Shown in pieces: positions 61,700 to 64,000 of a stretch of 64,000 nucleotides of DNA; the first letter of the stretch is position 1; every line of letters starts with the position of its first letter. Source of the DNA: Nemertoderma westbladi (taxonomy: Eukaryota > Animalia > Xenacoelomorpha); assembly GCA_032718475.1 (NCBI GenBank), contig JAUCBJ010007513.1, positions 62,001 through 126,000 of the forward strand. The letters are read 5' to 3'. The translations under genes and the position numbers were made by a program. The notes beneath the pieces were generated by a model. It was not told where the DNA came from. It made no database searches and saw nothing but the letters and a program-made list of their open reading frames with translations.

Positions 61700-64000
61700 A
61701 TGACGGAGTTGATAGAAGATGATCTTGGTATTAGGGAGCGATATACTCTACCTTTACAAGCATTTGTGGATAGCTTAATACGCGGTGAAGCCGATCCAAC
61801 CATTACGGAGGACGATGGTCGTTATATCGAACCGCCGATGTCCCAAGAGCAACTTGCGCGTGAATTGGACTATCGAAAATTCACCACTCGCTATACGAAT
61901 CGTAATGGTACGTATATGGACTTCTTAACGACCGGCCATCCTATCGATTTACATGATACGGACGATGTAGATACAGAGAGGGAAATGGTTCTATTTAAAT
62001 ATCATACCCAGCGGAGTCGTAACGATAAACCGAGAATAGATCACGAAAATTCTATTCGTAATAGACTGGAAAGAGAAAACGTTGAAGAACCGGATAAACG
62101 CATCGACTTCAACGAATACCTAGAATTTTTGAGAGAAACCTATCTCAACATCGCTAGTCAGCAGAACTTAGAGACTCGATATCCTCAAGGTATACATCAC
62201 GACCCTGTGGTAGAACTCAAACGGCTCTATTTCACTATGATGTATCTTACCGCCGATCGTCCACTACCTGTTATCCCGGATAGTTTTGAACAAATGGAAG
62301 AATACTGCAAAACTGGAGAACGATCACCCGCGTTTCCTCTACAGGACGTACGTCTTTGGTATTATTGTGACGAATGCCCTAGACCCAACCAACAAACTGA
62401 AAGACATAAACATCCGCGGAGACGTTGCGCTAAACACAGCTTTACGCGTTACACTTACGGGAGTTTCGAGCGAAACCTGTTCGACATACCACCTACGATC
62501 GCTCGTCTTAAACGATCACTGAATAAACCCATGATCAGAGTTCCGGAATACTCGGTCAGGCCTCCTCATTCCCTAGTGAGACCTCAAACTCTTGATCCTA
62601 ACAGTATCACTGATCCTCCCGAACTATATTCCCTGTTCAAAGACTTAGTGTTACCCGAACAATTAATCGGTGGTGCTCCGGTAGTGGGTTCGTTAGACAT
62701 CCGCCCATCCTACTTAGCCGGATTGGGACGCGGGCAGCTAATATCGCCCTTTGATCCTTACAATCGTCCAGGATTAAACCCGATGCAACCCGCCACGGAA
62801 GTCGAGGAGAGCGTTATAAGAAACGCTTTAGACGCCATTCGACAGAAAATCGGAAAGGGAACACAAGATTGTTTAGAGAAACGTAAATTACAACAACAAG
62901 TCCAATCGGTGAAGGAGTTAGCCTTGCCACAGTTCGATAGAGAAATCCAAAACCTCGAGGAAGACATCGAGCTTGGACGCACGTATTCTCTACAAGAATT
63001 TTTAGATGAACGCTTACAGAGACAAGCGGAAGAAAATCTACTCGAAGAGAAACACACGAAACTGGAAGAGAGAGAGGAAGCCGCTTTAGCCCAACCGGAA
63101 GCTCAAATCCTCATGACGGACCTCTACTCTAAAACCGTTCGTCATCCCTCGATGATTCCACATTTCGGGGACAAGCTCTTCGCGACGATACAACCTCAAC
63201 CGGTTGATATCAGTACAGGATCGCAAAATCTTATCGCTGACGCCCCTATGTTACAGCGTCCGCCGATCGAGGCCGCTCGTGTTGACGGTATACTCGTTGA
63301 ACCTCCGGACAATCGAGCGGATCTTGTCCGTCGTATGGTACACGATGTCAACATACGCGCTAGACCTTTACAGAACTCGTTTTATGGGATTAAAGACCAC
63401 CCTTATTACGTTAATCTGACTCAATATTATATGGTAAAACCAGAAGACCCGACACATAATTTAAAGTTTCTACCACTAATAAATCCTCTAGACATTGTCG
63501 AACTCGAACAATTGCAGAAACATCTGGATCAGTTAGTAAAGGTAAACTCATTCAGAAAACCATATAACATTTCTCGAATCGAGAAAGATATAGAACCTCC
63601 TTATAATCTCGATGGATTTATTAAAACTCGATTAGTCCATTGGAATCTAGATGTATTATTTGAAGAAGAGAAAATACAAAGATATGGAAATGTGGAGACG
63701 TATACCACTCGGCACATGAAGTATAGTGATCTCCCTGACACTAACCAATGCGCCACCTTGTGGCATCCAGTAGGGATGACCCTAGAGAACGCCACCAAGG
63801 AGTGGAATGAAACTCTTAATGTTATTGAGATGTATGGAGTTGTCACCTACGATAATGAAGGTAGCGTTCCGGTCGGAGAACTAGGAACTACGCGCATGAT
63901 TCACATACGCGGATTAGCTGGTTCTACCCACGTGTTTACTCGAGCGTGTTCCGACGTGATTGATTATTCCTTTGAAACTCTCACCGAAACACAAAAGAAT
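61700..64000 (+). CDS. Large accessory ORF of A2, at least 767 aa, open at window end; putative Zn-binding motif, coiled coil and start of a DEDD-like 3'-5' exonuclease
   Basis: Hand translation from ATG 61700 (MTELIEDDLGIRERY...) has no stop to base 64000; it is absent from the track because no stop lies in the window. Confidence 0.88.
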   Translation, partial: MTELIEDDLGIRERYTLPLQAFVDSLIRGEADPTITEDDGRYIEPPMSQEQLARELDYRKFTTRYTNRNGTYMDFLTTGHPIDLHDTDDVDTEREMVLFKYHTQRSRNDKPRIDHENSIRNRLERENVEEPDKRIDFNEYLEFLRETYLNIASQQNLETRYPQGIHHDPVVELKRLYFTMMYLTADRPLPVIPDSFEQMEEYCKTGERSPAFPLQDVRLWYYCDECPRPNQQTERHKHPRRRCAKHSFTRYTYGSFERNLFDIPPTIARLKRSLNKPMIRVPEYSVRPPHSLVRPQTLDPNSITDPPELYSLFKDLVLPEQLIGGAPVVGSLDIRPSYLAGLGRGQLISPFDPYNRPGLNPMQPATEVEESVIRNALDAIRQKIGKGTQDCLEKRKLQQQVQSVKELALPQFDREIQNLEEDIELGRTYSLQEFLDERLQRQAEENLLEEKHTKLEEREEAALAQPEAQILMTDLYSKTVRHPSMIPHFGDKLFATIQPQPVDISTGSQNLIADAPMLQRPPIEAARVDGILVEPPDNRADLVRRMVHDVNIRARPLQNSFYGIKDHPYYVNLTQYYMVKPEDPTHNLKFLPLINPLDIVELEQLQKHLDQLVKVNSFRKPYNISRIEKDIEPPYNLDGFIKTRLVHWNLDVLFEEEKIQRYGNVETYTTRHMKYSDLPDTNQCATLWHPVGMTLENATKEWNETLNVIEMYGVVTYDNEGSVPVGELGTTRMIHIRGLAGSTHVFTRACSDVIDYSFETLTETQKN

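Larger units (their letters stand above)
49336..64000 (+). mobile_element. BEL/Pao family A, copy A2 (runs off the window)
   Basis: LTR, leader and gag-pol are near-identical reverse complements of A1; predicted TSD CCTCC (49331-49335). Confidence 0.96.

Overview
Eukaryotic (probably invertebrate animal) DNA made almost entirely of nested transposable elements around three intact internal exons of a minus-strand trypsin-like serine protease gene (21859-25152). It holds a decayed RTE-like LINE and fragments of it, and a palindromic MITE-like element split by BEL/Pao LTR element A1 (3596-21326, minus, TSD AAATG). A1 is itself interrupted by a Mag-type Ty3/gypsy element (7097-12148, TSD CGTAG). 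An APE-type LINE preceded by a Ulp1/C48 protease domain is interrupted by a second BEL/Pao family, B (31170-43681, minus). There is also a DDE transposase fragment and a second family-A copy, A2 (49336 to beyond the window, plus). Most notable: (1) both BEL/Pao families carry a sense accessory gene in the env position with no env features and a homologous triple CCHC zinc-knuckle module. (2) In A2 this slot holds an open ORF of at least 767 codons (61700-64000, missing from the ORF track) whose last visible residues resemble the Exo I motif of a DEDD 3'-5' exonuclease. (3) Neither family has a tRNA-type PBS; the bases after the 5' LTR are instead complementary to a site inside their own LTR. 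All calls were made by eye; no searches were run.
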